DNA of 64,000 nt from Isurus oxyrinchus (taxonomy: Eukaryota). The position numbers and the translations under genes are program-made. The DNA is taken from the NCBI GenBank assembly GCA_026770705.1, contig JANJGN010000013.1:23250001-23314000 (forward strand), given 5' to 3'. Shown one piece after another: positions 1-12,269 of this stretch (positions are counted from its first letter, which is position 1; each line of letters opens with the position of its first letter). The notes beneath the pieces are model-generated. The model had not been told where the DNA came from and ran no database searches. It was given only the letters and a program-made list of their open reading frames with translations.

Positions 1-622
1 AGCTAGCATGCATTAGCATATTTTTGAATATGGCATTCAAGAAGTGAGGGGAAAACTTGACTCCTTTCTAACAGATACCAAGCAATTTGTCTATATTACT
101 AATAAAATTGGTACAATGAATGGGGTTTGATTGTTAAAAGTTAAAGTTCAAAGAGATTGGTGAAACAAGGAGAATTTGAATTCAGTCAGTATGGTAGGTA
201 TAATTTCAGCAGTTTTCGGGTGTGCAGGCTGAGGCAATGTAAGATCAAAAGGCAGCTGTAAGCCTCCAACTGGCTCCACAGTGAAAGAACCTAATTTTGA
301 ATTCGTAAGGTGAAAATACTTTGCCTGGTGTTTGGTTCAGTCCACGGATTGCTGTTGCCTTAATGGAGATTAGTTTGGAAATTTGTTAAAAGTTATGATA
401 GTAGCAATTTGAAGCCATTTGTACATATAATTTAGCCTGTGTAAATTAATAAAATGTTTCATTTAGTTTAATGTAAAACCTCGAGAACTAGTGGTCTAAT
501 TCCTTAGGTTAGAGTCGCATCTCAAACATAACACTTAAAATTATAGGTTATGACAGTTGTTTAAAGTTTCCCTCTGGGATTTTTAAAATAACTCCACTTC
601 AACAACTGCATCGGTCATAACA
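1..622 (+). mobile_element. Probable 3' part of an LTR (truncated by window start)
   Basis: AT-rich non-coding stretch with AATAAA near 450, ending in ...GGTCATAACA, a typical LTR CA terminus. No partner LTR or PBS is visible. Confidence 0.35.
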
Positions 623-706
623 TTGAGCACCTTGACTTTTTTCCACTAAGTGGACTGTTATAAATCTACTGGTGTAATCTTGGCTCTAAAAGTCATTTGA
701 CAAAGT

Positions 707-1624
707 TATCATAGAATCATAGAATGGTTACAGCCCAGAAAGAGACCATTCAGCCCATCATATCTCATCTCAGTATGAACAACTCCCTAGTCCCAATCCC
801 CTGCCTTTTCCCCAAAGCTGAGCTATTTTTTTCTCTTTCGATAATTGCCCAATTCTCTTTTGAAGGCCTCAATATTGAATCTGCCTCCACCAGACTCTCA
901 GGCAATGCATTCCAGATCCTAACCACGCACAGCATAAAAAAGTCCTTATATCAGCATTGCTGCTTTTGCCAATCACCTTAAATCAGTCTCCTTTGTCAAC
1001 GGAAACATTTTCTCCCTACCTTATCTGCCCAGCCCCCTCATGATTTTGAACGCCTGTATCAAGATTTCCTCTTACTCTTCTTTCTTCAAGAAGAGCTCCC
1101 TCAGCTTCTTCAATCTATCCATCTCATTGAAGTTTCTCATCCCCGGAACCATTCTTATGAATCTTTTCTGTACTATCTCCAGTTCCTTCACATCCTTCCT
1201 AAAGTATGATGACTAGAACTGGACAAAATACTCCAGTTAAGGCTGAACCAATAACTTTTTTGCTTTTGTACACTATGCCCCTATTTATTATGCTCAGGAT
1301 CCCATATGCTTTTATTAACTGCTTTCTCAACCTGTCCAGCCACCTTCAACAATTTGTGCACATACACCCCCCAGGTCCCGCTGCTCCTGCACCCCCTTTA
1401 GAGTAGTAGCCTTTGTTTTGTATTGCCTCTCCTCATTCTTCCTACCAGAATGAATCACTTCACACTTCTCTGCATTAAAATTAATCTGCCACATGTCCAC
1501 CTATCCCACCAGCCTGTCTATGTTATTTTGAAGTTTCCCACTATCCTCCTCACAGTTCATAATATTTCCAAGTTCTGTGCCATATGCAAATTTTGAAATT
1601 GTGACCTCACACCCCTAGGTCCAG
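707..1624 (-). mobile_element. CR1-type LINE 3' fragment
   Basis: Starts with the (ATCATAGA)n reverse-complement tail, followed by degenerate CR1 RT C-terminal sequence similar to other copies in the window. Confidence 0.8.
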
Positions 1625-1869
1625 ATGAAAAGTCATCAGTTAAGCTCAAAGCAACTGGGTAAAACTCACATATAGACATAAGAAATTGGCTGAATGGTGG
1701 AAATCTGCAATACTTCTTAGAAATGTCACATTAGAGTGAAAAGAAATGATGAGTGCGTGGGGTTTAGGAATCAGAATTGGGCCTTCCTATGCTTACAATT
1801 TACCTTAGTGACCTGAATTCAGAAACTCAATGCATAAAATGACCAAATTCAAGGATGATACCAAACTTG

Positions 1870-2290
1870 AATAGACTTGTGTTGTTTTCGTTGGAGCAGA
1901 GAAGACTGAGGGGCAACCTAATCGAGGTGTACAAGATTATGAGCAGCATGGGCAGGGTGGATAGGGAGCAGCTGTTCCCCTTAGTTAAAGGGTCAGTCAC
2001 AAGGGGGCATAAGTTCAAGGTGAGGGGCTAGAGGTTTAGGGGGGATGTCAGGAAAAACTTTTTTACCCAGAGGGTGGTGACGGTCTGGAATGCACTGCCT
2101 GGGAGGGTGGTGGAGATGGTTTGCCTCACATCCTTTAAAAAGTACCTGGATGAGCACTTGGCACATCATAACATTCAAGGCTATGGACCAAGTGCTGGTA
2201 AATAAGATTAGGTAGGTAGGTCAGGTGTTTCTCACATTTCGGAGCAGACTTGATGGGCCGAAGGGCCTCTTCTCCACCGTGATCCTGTGC
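1870..2290 (+). mobile_element. CR1-type LINE 3' end
   Basis: RLRGNLIEVYKIM / FFTQRVVTVWNALP coding remnant, followed by the GATGGGCCGAAGGGCCT 3' tail motif. Confidence 0.85.
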
Positions 2291-3069
2291 AATGGCTGCA
2301 ATTGATCCTGAGAAGAGATCTTGGGAACCTAGTGGATTCAATGCTGAACATATCCAACCACTGACAGAAATTAACAAAGCAAGACTTACATACAAAACAT
2401 TAGGGTACATTTTAGAGGATGTCATACTCGGCCCATAGAGGGCTGGTCAATCCAGTTTTGGTCACTGAGACACAAAGACAGTTAGGACCTGGAGCCTGTT
2501 CAGAAAAGAGTCTCAATGCTGATCTCCAGCAGCAGGGAACAAAGTCATGAGCAGAGACCAGAATAACTCCTCTCTCTTTGTCTTTGAAAGAAGGCCAGTG
2601 ACAGAGCTAATTATGAAAGGGATTGATATAGGGTAGAAGTGGAGATGTTTCCACTTATGGCGGCTTCCAAAACCAGGGACCACAAATATAAGATAATCAC
2701 TGACAAATCCAATAAAGGATTCAGCAGAAACGTCTTCGTCCAGAGAGTGGTTAGAGTGTGGACCTTGGGTTAGTTGAGGTGAATGACTTGTTCTGTGCTG
2801 TAAATTCCACGTAATTAATTACATGTAATTTCACGCAACTGATCTCGTGGAGGTATTCAATGTAAATGGTGTGATTAAAATAGATTCAGCTAATCACTTG
2901 AAACTAAATTGCCGGAGGAAGAAGGGAAGACAAGTTCAAACTAGCAAATGGCCAATGTCAGAGAGTGCTTTGCCCAAAACAAGACAAGATCCTAGAATTA
3001 CTTTAAAAACATGCAGATTTCAAGTTAGGGAGACTTCGGGATCTTTGGGGAAAGCAAAACACAGCCTCA

Positions 3070-4290
3070 ATTTCCTTTTTATTGCGACCGAAACGGCATT
3101 TCGATACGCAAATAGCTGGAACCCCGAAGGTGTCGCTGTTTCATCTCATCCGTGACCCTCGTGGGGAGGAGGTAGGAGGAGAAGGGAGCGAAAGTTGTTT
3201 AAAGTCAGGACTCAGCTAATCCGCCAAACGAATGAGGGAAAGGCAGAGCGCCGATAGTTAAATCCTACAGGCTGAGGAAGGTACATGTCGCCAGAGCCCA
3301 ACAGGATTAAATCGGCATTTCGGAGGGATTTACAAACATGGGCTACAGGGAGACGTGTGCTCTGTACTGGGCAGAATTTTGGGATTATGAGACTCCCAAA
3401 GTTGTGGTGGTTAAAAACCGAACTTTAGGAGTTATCTACAGAATTATCCAACTTCTTATCATATTGTATTTTGCCATGTAAGTACATACTAGAGTTTAGG
3501 CTGTTATCATCAAGGTTGAGCCGAATAAAATTAATTTAAATATAAAAGCTGGTTTATTTTACATCAATGGTTTGATTTTTGATTCGTCAGCATTGAGTTC
3601 CTCTGGAGCAAATTAATTTATACATTTGAGTTTCATTATATTTTTTCTCAAGCGGGAGCTGTTTTAAACTTGTTACTGAATAATTTCCAATCCTCGCTTA
3701 TTGCAGGAAAGTCTGATTTTTTTAGCATTGGCAGTTTTAATTCATCCTGAATTTTGTTTAATAATCTTGAGTGAGCTCTTTCGAGTTTCAACTGCTTGGA
3801 GCCGGGAGTCGGCTCTTTGATCTGTAAACATAAGGATTAATAGCAAGTTTCAAGGCTTAGTGTAGCACTTGCAGTTTAGAATAAACATTTGGGCTTCATG
3901 GGAATTTTTCCCAAATATAATAAAGCCGAAGTCTGATCCTGTTTATAATTCATCGCGGCCGCTCCCGTGAATCAAGTCCTGCGAAACATTGTTAAAGATC
4001 TGGAGGCGTTATGTGGTCCTGAAGGAAACAACACTTCTAATATGTCACAATATTCAGGCTGTGTTTCTGTCTTCCAGGAGAGAGGAGCGGTCCCTCTCTC
4101 ACCCGAGTGAGACGCGTCCGTTTACATTTTCGTGAGATACTCGCTATAACCGAGTTCGCATTAATGTGCATTTTGGCGTCTAACGCGGTTAAAATGGCTA
4201 ACTCATCGAACACAATTGCTGCTGGCCCGGTTTAACACAGAGTAACTCGATTTAGGCAGGGGTTTAGTGCCAAATTTTGAGACGCAGGAA
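3070..4290 (+). promoter_or_regulatory. CpG-enriched promoter / first-exon region of the P2X gene
   Basis: CpG is visibly dense at about 3080-3330 and 3950-4290 versus CpG-poor flanks, and surrounds coding exon 1. The TSS was not determined. Confidence 0.55.
3338..3477 (+). CDS. P2RX2: P2X purinoceptor 2, coding exon 1
   Basis: ATG in strong context (acaaacATGG). Translates [46 protein letters not shown], with the P2X2-like WDYETPKV motif and TM1. Donor GTAAGT, phase 2. Confidence 0.93.
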
Positions 4291-4906
4291 CTCTCAGAAA
4301 ATGTGTTGGCCATATCATTTCTAAATCCACGAATACATTGTTATCTTGTGTATTAATCATTTGAATCCCCAAATGTCAGTAAAACTGTTTTTAAGTGAAA
4401 AATATTAGTGCTGGTAGGCATTCTATTTCAAACCATGTGGTAATTTGAATCATTAGTTTTTAGCATAGCTAGAATTTCATTATGCAACAGTTTAATTATT
4501 TAATTCAAGCCTATTAAAAACATGAATTACAGAAAGCTTTACTTACTCTGATTGGGGAATTATATAGAGAGGGAAAACTGCTTTTCTTGATTTATGTTAA
4601 TAACCTCGACCTGGGTGTACAGGGCACAATTTCAAATTTTGAAGATGGTGCAAGTCTTGGAAGTATTGTGAACTGTGAGGAGGAGGCAGACTTCGAGAGG
4701 ATAGAGACAGACTGGTGGAATGGGCAGACATGTGGCAGATGAAATTTAATATAGAGAAGTGTGAGGTGATGCATTTTGCTCAGGAGAATGAGGAGAAGCG
4801 ACATAAAATAAAGGGTACAATTCTAAAGGAAATGCAGTAGCAGAGGAACCTGGGTGAATATGTGCTTAAATCATTGAAGGTGGCAGGACAGGTTGAGAAA
4901 GCAGTT

Positions 4907-5062
4907 GACGTTTCGAGAACAGTAGTTCTGTTGAAGGGTCATGAGGACTCGAAACGTCAACTCTTTTCTTCTCCACCGATGCTGCCAGACCTGCTGAGTT
5001 TTTCTAGGTAATTCTGTTTTTGTTTTGGATTTCCAGCATCTGCAGTTTTTTGTTTTTATCTC
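4907..5062 (+). mobile_element. Short Penelope-type terminal-repeat insertion with 13-bp TSD
   Basis: TGAGAAAGCAGTT duplicated at 4894-4906 and 5063-5075. Short inverted 5' piece; hammerhead motif inside. Confidence 0.8.
4924..4962 (+). ncRNA. Putative minimal type I hammerhead ribozyme (variant core)
   Basis: AGTT-CTGTTGA-A-GGGTC-atgag-GACTC-GAAAC-GTC-AACT: stem I AGUU/AACU, stem II 5 bp, palindromic stem III, GUC site. Core A6 is U. Confidence 0.55.
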
Positions 5063-6031
5063 TGAGAAAGCAGTTAATAAATTATACTGAATCCTGGGTT
5101 TTATAAATAGGGGCACAGAGTGCAAGTGAGTTATGAACCTTCATAAAACACTGATTCAGCCTCAACAAGAAGTACGTGAAGGTTTTAGAAATGGTGCAGA
5201 AAAGATTTACAAGAATGGTTCCGAGGATGAGAGACTTCAGTTATGTGAATAGGTTGGTGAAGTTGGGGCTTTCTCCTTGGAGAAAAGGAGATTTGTTAGA
5301 CATGTCCAAAATCACGAGGGGGTCTGAATAAAGTAAATGGGGAGAAACTGTTCCCATCAGCAGGAGTTCGAGAATCCTAAGGTGATTAACAAAAGAACCA
5401 GAGACAACATGAGGAAACATTTCTTCATGCACCAAGTGGTTTGGATCTGGAATGCACTGCCTGGGCATGTGGTGGAGACAAATTCAATTGCTGTTTTGAA
5501 AAGGGAACTGGATAATTATCTGAAAAGAGAAGATTTTACAGGGTTACCAGGAAATGATAGAGGAGTAGGACCAGCTGAGTTGTTGTTGCAGAGAACTGAC
5601 ATGGAAACAATGTGCTGAATGGCCTTCTTCTGTGCTGTAACCACTCTGATTCTAGTATAGGTACATTTCAAGGAACTTGAGAAACATATTACAATGAAAG
5701 AGGTTAAGGATTACGCTGATAGTGAGATCAAGAAGGATGGAAGGAGGCTTGTGTGGAACATAAACACCAACATAGATGAGGTGGTCCAAATGGCCTGCTT
5801 CTGTGCTGTAAATTCCATGTAAAGCTGTTATCAGGGAATGCAAATACTATACTGCATTTCCCAGCCTCAGGCCATCACAGCCAAGGAATTAATGTTCAGT
5901 AGGCAAATGCAGCAGGGTGTTTGGGGATATTGATGCTGTTTTAGTTCCCTTGAGCTTTAAAGACCTTGAAATGCCTGTTTTTGAGAGAGCTGTGTGCATA
6001 GAGTTGTAAGGTCATTTTTTTTTACAGTCAG

Positions 6032-6440
6032 TTTTAGAAGAATGAGAGGGGACCTTATTGAAACATGTAAGATTCTTAGGGGCTTGACAGGATAGATGCT
6101 CAGAGGTTGCTTTCCTTTGTGGGAGAGTCCAGGACCAAAGGGCATAATCTCAGAGTAAGGGCCTGCCCATTTAAGACAGAAATGAGGAGGAATTTCTTCT
6201 CTGAGGGTAGTGAATCTGTGGAATTCTTTACCACAGAGAGCTGTAGAGATTGGGTCATTAAGTATGTTCAAGGTGGAGATAGACAGATTTTTAATCAGTA
6301 AAGGAATTAAGTGTTATGGGGAAAAGGAAAGAAAGTGGAATTGAGGATTATCAGATCAGCCATGATCTCATTGAATGGTGGAGCAGACTCAATGGGCTGA
6401 ATGGCTTACTTCTGCTCCTAAGTCTTATAGTCTTATGGTC
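6032..6440 (+). mobile_element. CR1 LINE 3' end
   Basis: RRMRGDLIETCKILRGLDR...FKTEMRRNFFS coding remnant and 3' tail. Confidence 0.85.
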
Positions 6441-7469
6441 AGAGGGCTGTACAGGAGGGTTACTGCTGCTACACATTGACTCAAAGACATTCAGCAGCAG
6501 CAGCCCAGCCTTGCCTCTGCCACCTCTTAACCTCCCCAGGCACTGGATTCACATCCACAGTATGAGCTCCAGACATTCCTGTCAAATATTACCACCTGGC
6601 CTGAACTCAAACTCCAGGAACCTTGGCCAAGCTTTTCCTTGTGCCTCACATAATACCGCAGATAGAAATCACTCGACAAGGTCCTCATGCTGGCTGCCTC
6701 TGCGTCACAAGTCATGCAGCCCCATGTGGTTGTGAGAGGATTTCCCTCCAGTTCTGATTGTTGCCATCAACAAGCCAAATCCCCCTGTGTCTTTTACTCC
6801 TGGAAACAAATCGCTTCAATATTGGAGGCAGTGTGGATTAAAATCAACACCAATCTTACAGATTGAAAATCCAGTAAGGCAATTAATGGAGTGGATTCCA
6901 CTGAGATCACTGGAAAGAAACATCAAGTGGGGCGTATAACGGATAGCCAATCAGCAAAGGAGAGTTTACTATCCAGCAGAGAATATTGAAGCCTTTAAAT
7001 AGGAGGTGCTGGAGTGGTGCTCTGGTGAGCACCAACACTGTATCCCTGATCTAATGTAGCATAGCTGTGCATTGCTTTATGAAGTATGGCTAGTTTTTAA
7101 TTTGACATTAATAATTTTTTCTCCTGCTATCATGACTTCTCACTATCATTCCCAGGCTGTGAAGGTGTGGTAAGGATTTTTGAACCAGCCACCGGTAACT
7201 CTCTGAATGGATTAAGGGAGTAACTCGTTTATGGAGTCATCTTATTTTCTGCCTCTGTCACTCTATTATAACGAACAGAGTGCATGCTGGTTGTACCTGC
7301 ATCCTACTGTTCTGGGCACCTGTCCAGGTACAAGGAGCATGCTATCTTTTTTCTAGAGATCTCTCCCCAGCCTGTCAGTTTCTCCTGATAGAACTGAGAA
7401 ATATCATCAGTGTTAATCTATTTTTTGTGCATCCTCCAGTACCTCTAGAACTTTGTATTTGATGAAGAC

Positions 7470-8286
7470 TGCAGGCTTTATTACTAGGGGCTTAGAATGC
7501 AAGAGCAAAGAGATTATGTTAAACTTGTATAAAACAGGTTCAGCCTCAACTGGAGTATTGTATGCAGTTCTGGGCACCATGCTTTAGGAAAGATGTGACG
7601 GCATTAGAACAAGTGAAGCAAAGATTCATAAGAATGCTTGCAGGGATGAGGAACTTCCAATTACACAAATAGATTGGAGGAGTTGGGTAAAAGCAAAATA
7701 CTGCGGATGCTGGAAATCTGAAACAAAAACAGAAAATGCTGGAAAAACTCAGCAGATCTAACAGTGTCTGTGGAGAGAAGGGTCATACAGACTCAAAACG
7801 TTTTACACTGTCTTTCTCTCCATAGATGCTCTTAGGCCTGCTGAACTTTTCCAGCATTTTCTGTTTTTGTTGGAGGTGTTGGGACTGTTTTCCTTGGAGA
7901 AGAAAATGTTGAGAGGAGATTTGATTGAGGCAAGTCAAAATCATGAGGGGTCTGGACAGAGTAGATGGGAATAAACTGTTCCCATTGGTGGAAATATTGA
8001 GAACAAGATGGCACAGATTTAAGGCAATTAGCAAAAGAAGCAATGGAGGTATGAAGAGAAACTTTTTCACGCAGCGAGTACTTAGGATCTGGATTGTGCT
8101 GCCTGAGAGTGTGGTAGGGGCAGGGTCATTCAAGAAGAAATTGAATTATTATCTGAAAAGGATTAAGTAGGGTTACAGGAGAAGGTAGGGGAATAGCACG
8201 AAGTGAATTGCTCATTAGGAGAGCCAATGCAGACACAATGGGGCGAATGGCCTCATTCTGCACTGTAACGACTCTGTGATTCTGTG
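7470..8286 (+). mobile_element. CR1 LINE 3' fragment, interrupted by a fold-back insertion
   Basis: LEYCMQFWAP, KIMRGLDRVD, FFTQRVLRIW remnants and CR1 tail. Confidence 0.85.
7688..7869. mobile_element. Fold-back Penelope-type mini-element with 14-bp TSD
   Basis: TTGGAGG(A/T)GTTGGG at 7674-7687 and 7870-7883. Two oppositely oriented copies of the same terminal repeat. Confidence 0.8.
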
Positions 8287-8381
8287 AAGACCAGAACAAT
8301 GCACAGTACTATGTGTGGTCTAAACAAGGTCTAAGGCAAGTTAGACATAGCACCTCTGCTTTTTAATTATATCCCTCTAGA

Positions 8382-8450
8382 ATGGGGTGGGGAACCTTTT
8401 CTTATCAAGGGCCACCCACACATAGACAAAAGGGGTCGCGGGCCACACAC
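8382..8450 (+). mobile_element. Possible hAT-type MITE end remnant
   Basis: GGGGTGGGGAACCTTTT...AAGGGCCA...CGCGGGCCACA resembles hAT/Charlie MITE termini; the other end was not found. Confidence 0.35.
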
Positions 8451-8809
8451 ACATAAAAACCAAGTTAATTTTTCTTAAGGGAGAATACAGAAACGTTCAA
8501 TTGACCCACTGCTTTAATTGCAATGGCTGAGTATAAAAGTAACTCCCAGTGCTTTGTTTGCCATTTTTATTGCCTTACTAATCTGATTTGTGTACCTAGT
8601 TATCTAGAAACCTTTGCTCCTGTACCCCTATTTAAGCACCTTTAACATGCTAAAACATCCCAAGGCACTGCATTGGAGTATAGAAAAAATGGACACTTAT
8701 ACAGTTAAAAGACAGAGAATGTATAAACTAAGGGGTTCTTCCAATCATCCGCTACACCCTTGGTATGACATCTGTGGAAAGGCTAAAGAAATGGTAGAAA
8801 TACTTTTAA

Positions 8810-8940
8810 AAACAAAGAAAACTGCGGATGCTGGAAATCTAAAACAAAAACAGAATTACCTGGAAAAACTCAGTAGGTCTGGCAGCATCGGCGGAGAAGA
8901 AAAGAGTTGACGTTTCGAAACGTCAACTCTTTTCTTCTCC
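8810..8940 (-). mobile_element. Penelope-type mini-element with 14-bp TSD and 48-bp perfect palindrome
   Basis: AGAAATACTTTTAA at 8796-8809 and 8941-8954. Perfect palindrome at 8893-8940 centred on TTTC|GAAA. Confidence 0.85.
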
Positions 8941-8974
8941 AGAAATACTTTTAAGCCTGACACCCTCCCAACCT

Positions 8975-11580
8975 ACTCAACCTCTCCTCATAAGAAAATC
9001 CCTCCATACCCAGGATCAACCTAGTGAACCTTCTCTGGACTTCCTCCATTGCCAGTATACCTTTCCTTAGATAAGGGAACCAAAGCTGTTCACAGTATTC
9101 TAGTGTGGTCTAACTAGTGCTTTGTATAGTTTTAGCAAGACTCCTCTATTTGTATACACTATTCCTTTTGAAAAAAAGGCCAACATTCCATTTGCCTTCC
9201 CTGTTAACTGCTGAACTTGTATGCTAGCTTTTTGGGATTCATGCACGAGGACCCCCAAATCGCTCTGTGCTGCAGCTTTCTGGAGTCTTTCTCCACTTAA
9301 ATAATATTCAGCTCCTCCATTCTTCCTGCCAAAGTGCATAACCTCACAATTTCCCACATTATATTCCACCTGCCATGTTTTTGCCCACTCACTTAACCTG
9401 TCTATGTCCCTCTGTAGACTCTTTGTGTCATCCTCACCAATTCCCTTCCCACCTATTTTTGTTTCATCTGCCATCTTGGTGATAGTACATTCATTTCCCT
9501 CATCCAAGTCATTGATATATATTGTAAATAATTGTTGCCCCAGCACTGATCCCTGTGGCACTCCACTAGTTACATGCTGCCATCCTGAAAATGCCCCCTG
9601 CATCCTAACTCTCTGCCTTCTATTAGTTAGCCAGTCCTCTATCCATGCTAATATATTACCCCCAACACCATAGGCTCTTATCTTATTAAATCCTTATGTG
9701 TGGTACCTTATTGAATGCCTTTTGGAAATCCAAATATATTATATCTACTGGTTCCCATTTAACTATCCTGCTTGCTATCTCCTGAAAGAATTCTAATAAA
9801 TTTGTCAGGCATGATTTCCCCTTCAGGAAGCCATGCTGACTCTGCTTGATTAGATTATGCATTTCTAAATGCTCTGCTATTACATCCTTTATAATAGACC
9901 TTAACATTTTCCCAATGACAGATGTTAAGCTAACTGACCTATAGTTACCTGTTCTTTGTCTCCCTCTCTTTTTGAATAAGGATGCTGCATTGGCAGTTTT
10001 CCAATCCTCTGAGACTTTTCCAGAATCTAAGGGCTCTAGGACAATTACTACCAGTGCATCCACTATCTTTGCAGCTACTTCCTTTAATATCCCCTAGGAT
10101 GCAACCCATGAGGTCCAGGGGACTTATCAGCCTTTAGCCCCATTAGTTTTCCTAGTACTTTGTCATTAATGATAGTTAGTGTATTTATTTCCTCCCTGCC
10201 CCCCTTTTTGCCCCGTGATCATTTAGTATGTTTGGAATGCTATTAGTGTCTTCTACCATGAAGACTGATGCAAAGTATTTATTCAACTCCTCTGCCATTT
10301 CCTGGTTCCCCTTTATTATTTCCCCAGCCTCATTCTTTAAGGGGCCTGTATTGACTTTGGCCTAACTCTTCATTTTTATACATTTAAAGAAGCTCTTACT
10401 GTCTAGTTTTTATATTACCTGCTAGTTTACCCTCAGAGTTTATTTTCTCCCTCTTTATATTTTTTGGTCATCTTCTGTTGGTTTTTAAAACTTTCCCAAT
10501 CCTCTGGCTTACCACTAATCTTTGTCACATTGTATGTTTTTTCTTTCACTTTGAGACTATCCTTAACTTCCTTGGTTTATCCTTCCTATAATCCTTCTTC
10601 CTCACTGGGATATATCTTTGTTGTGAGTCATAAACTATTTTCTTAAATGTCTGCCATTTTTCATCAACCATCTTTTTTGCTAAACTCCTTTCCCAGTCCA
10701 CTCCAGCCAACTCTGCCCTCATTCATTTGTAATTACCCTTATTTAAGTTTAGCACAGATGTTTCCAAACTAAGTTTCTCACACTCAAACTGAATGCTAAA
10801 TTCACCATGTTATGGTCACTGTTTCCTAGAGGATCTTTTACTCTGACATAATTTATTAAAACTGCCTCATTACACATTACCAGATCCAAAATAGCCTGAT
10901 CCCGTTTGGATCCTATTGTTCTAGGAAACTGTCCTGAATACAGTCTATGAATTCTTGTTCGTGGCTACCTCTGCCAATTTGATTTTCCCAAACTACATAT
11001 ATATTAAAGTCACCCATGATTAATATACTGCCTTTATTACATGCCTTCATTATTTCATGATTTATTCTTTGTCCAACAGCATAGCTACTGTTAGGGGGCC
11101 TATAGACTACTCTCACCAGTGCCTTCTTCCCCTTGTTATTTCTTACCTCCACTCATATGGATTCCACATCTTCTGATCCAAGATCATTTCTTGCTATCAT
11201 ACTTATTCAACCTCGTACTAACAAAGCTACCCACCGCCCTTTCCTTCCTGCCTGTCCTTTCGAAAAGTCACATACCCCTGAATATTAAGTTCCCAGCTTT
11301 GATCTTCTTGTAAACATGTCTCCATAATGGCTATAAGATCATACCCATTAATCTCTATTTGTGCCGTTAATTCATTTATTTTGTTCCAAATACTATGTGC
11401 GTTTAAGCAAAGAACCATTAACTGTGCCTTTTTACCATTTTTTGTCCATTTGATTCTATTTGCTGCTGTTTTTTTATGTTTGTGCACTCTGTCCCTTCCT
11501 GTCACAATCTGGGTATCATTACCTAAGTAGCTGCCCTGCAATGCTGTCTTATCCTTTTGCTTTGTAAGCCTACTTATCCC
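8975..11580 (-). mobile_element. CR1 LINE ORF2 (AP endonuclease + RT), frameshifted
   Basis: ORFs 11227-11643 (LCLNAHSI, DLIAIMET), 10913-11152 (VVYRPPNS, MGDFN), 9686-10063 (NYRSVSLTS, YLDFQKAF) and 9100-9603 (GVPQGSVLG). Confidence 0.93.
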
Positions 11581-12269
11581 AGCTCCAGAAACCTCCCCCA
11601 CTCTATGAATGGCAGGATGTTGGTCTTTGTAGCTCAACACCACATTAAACAGTGCATTAATTATTTTAGAACATTGGTTTTAAAATGGCTTTGGACCCAA
11701 TCTGTTGTAAGGGTTTTAGATAAATCAAAACGGTTATTAACGATCAGTCAATCAGTCATTGTAATTAGTCAAAGGGCAACTGGCCCTGAGATTTTAGGGA
11801 TCTGATAACCTGCTATTAAAATTATGCTGAAACATAAGGGTATACAAATGCTTTGAATGAAATTCTTTGTCTGCTAATTTAAATTATTTGGTCAGTCTTG
11901 ACTCTAAAATAGCAAAGAAATTTTCTCTGTACATTCGCATATCATTTTGACCAAGCTTTTGATCACCCTGTTCTAATCTTTTCATTTGGTTTAGCACCTG
12001 TTTTCCTCAAAGTTCTGTAATGTGCTGTGCTGTGTTCCCTAAATTAAAGGTGCTGGACAAATGAAATTTGTTATTATTGCTGTTAAGCAGTCTTGCGTCT
12101 GATAATATATATGGAATTACATAAAAGTCCAACACAGAAACAAATCATGCAGCCCAATCATTCCACTTCAGTGTTCATTTTCACATGAGCAGCTGTTCTA
12201 CTTTCCCTCTTTTTTCTTTGTTCCACCATCCCTATAGTCCCTTTCATTCAACCACTAATCTAACCTGTT

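Larger units (their letters stand above)
4590..5652 (+). mobile_element. CR1 LINE 3' fragment, interrupted by a Penelope-type insertion
   Basis: Degenerate RT C-terminus (KFEDG, WQMKFN, FFMHQVVWIWNALP) and CR1 tail. Confidence 0.85.
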
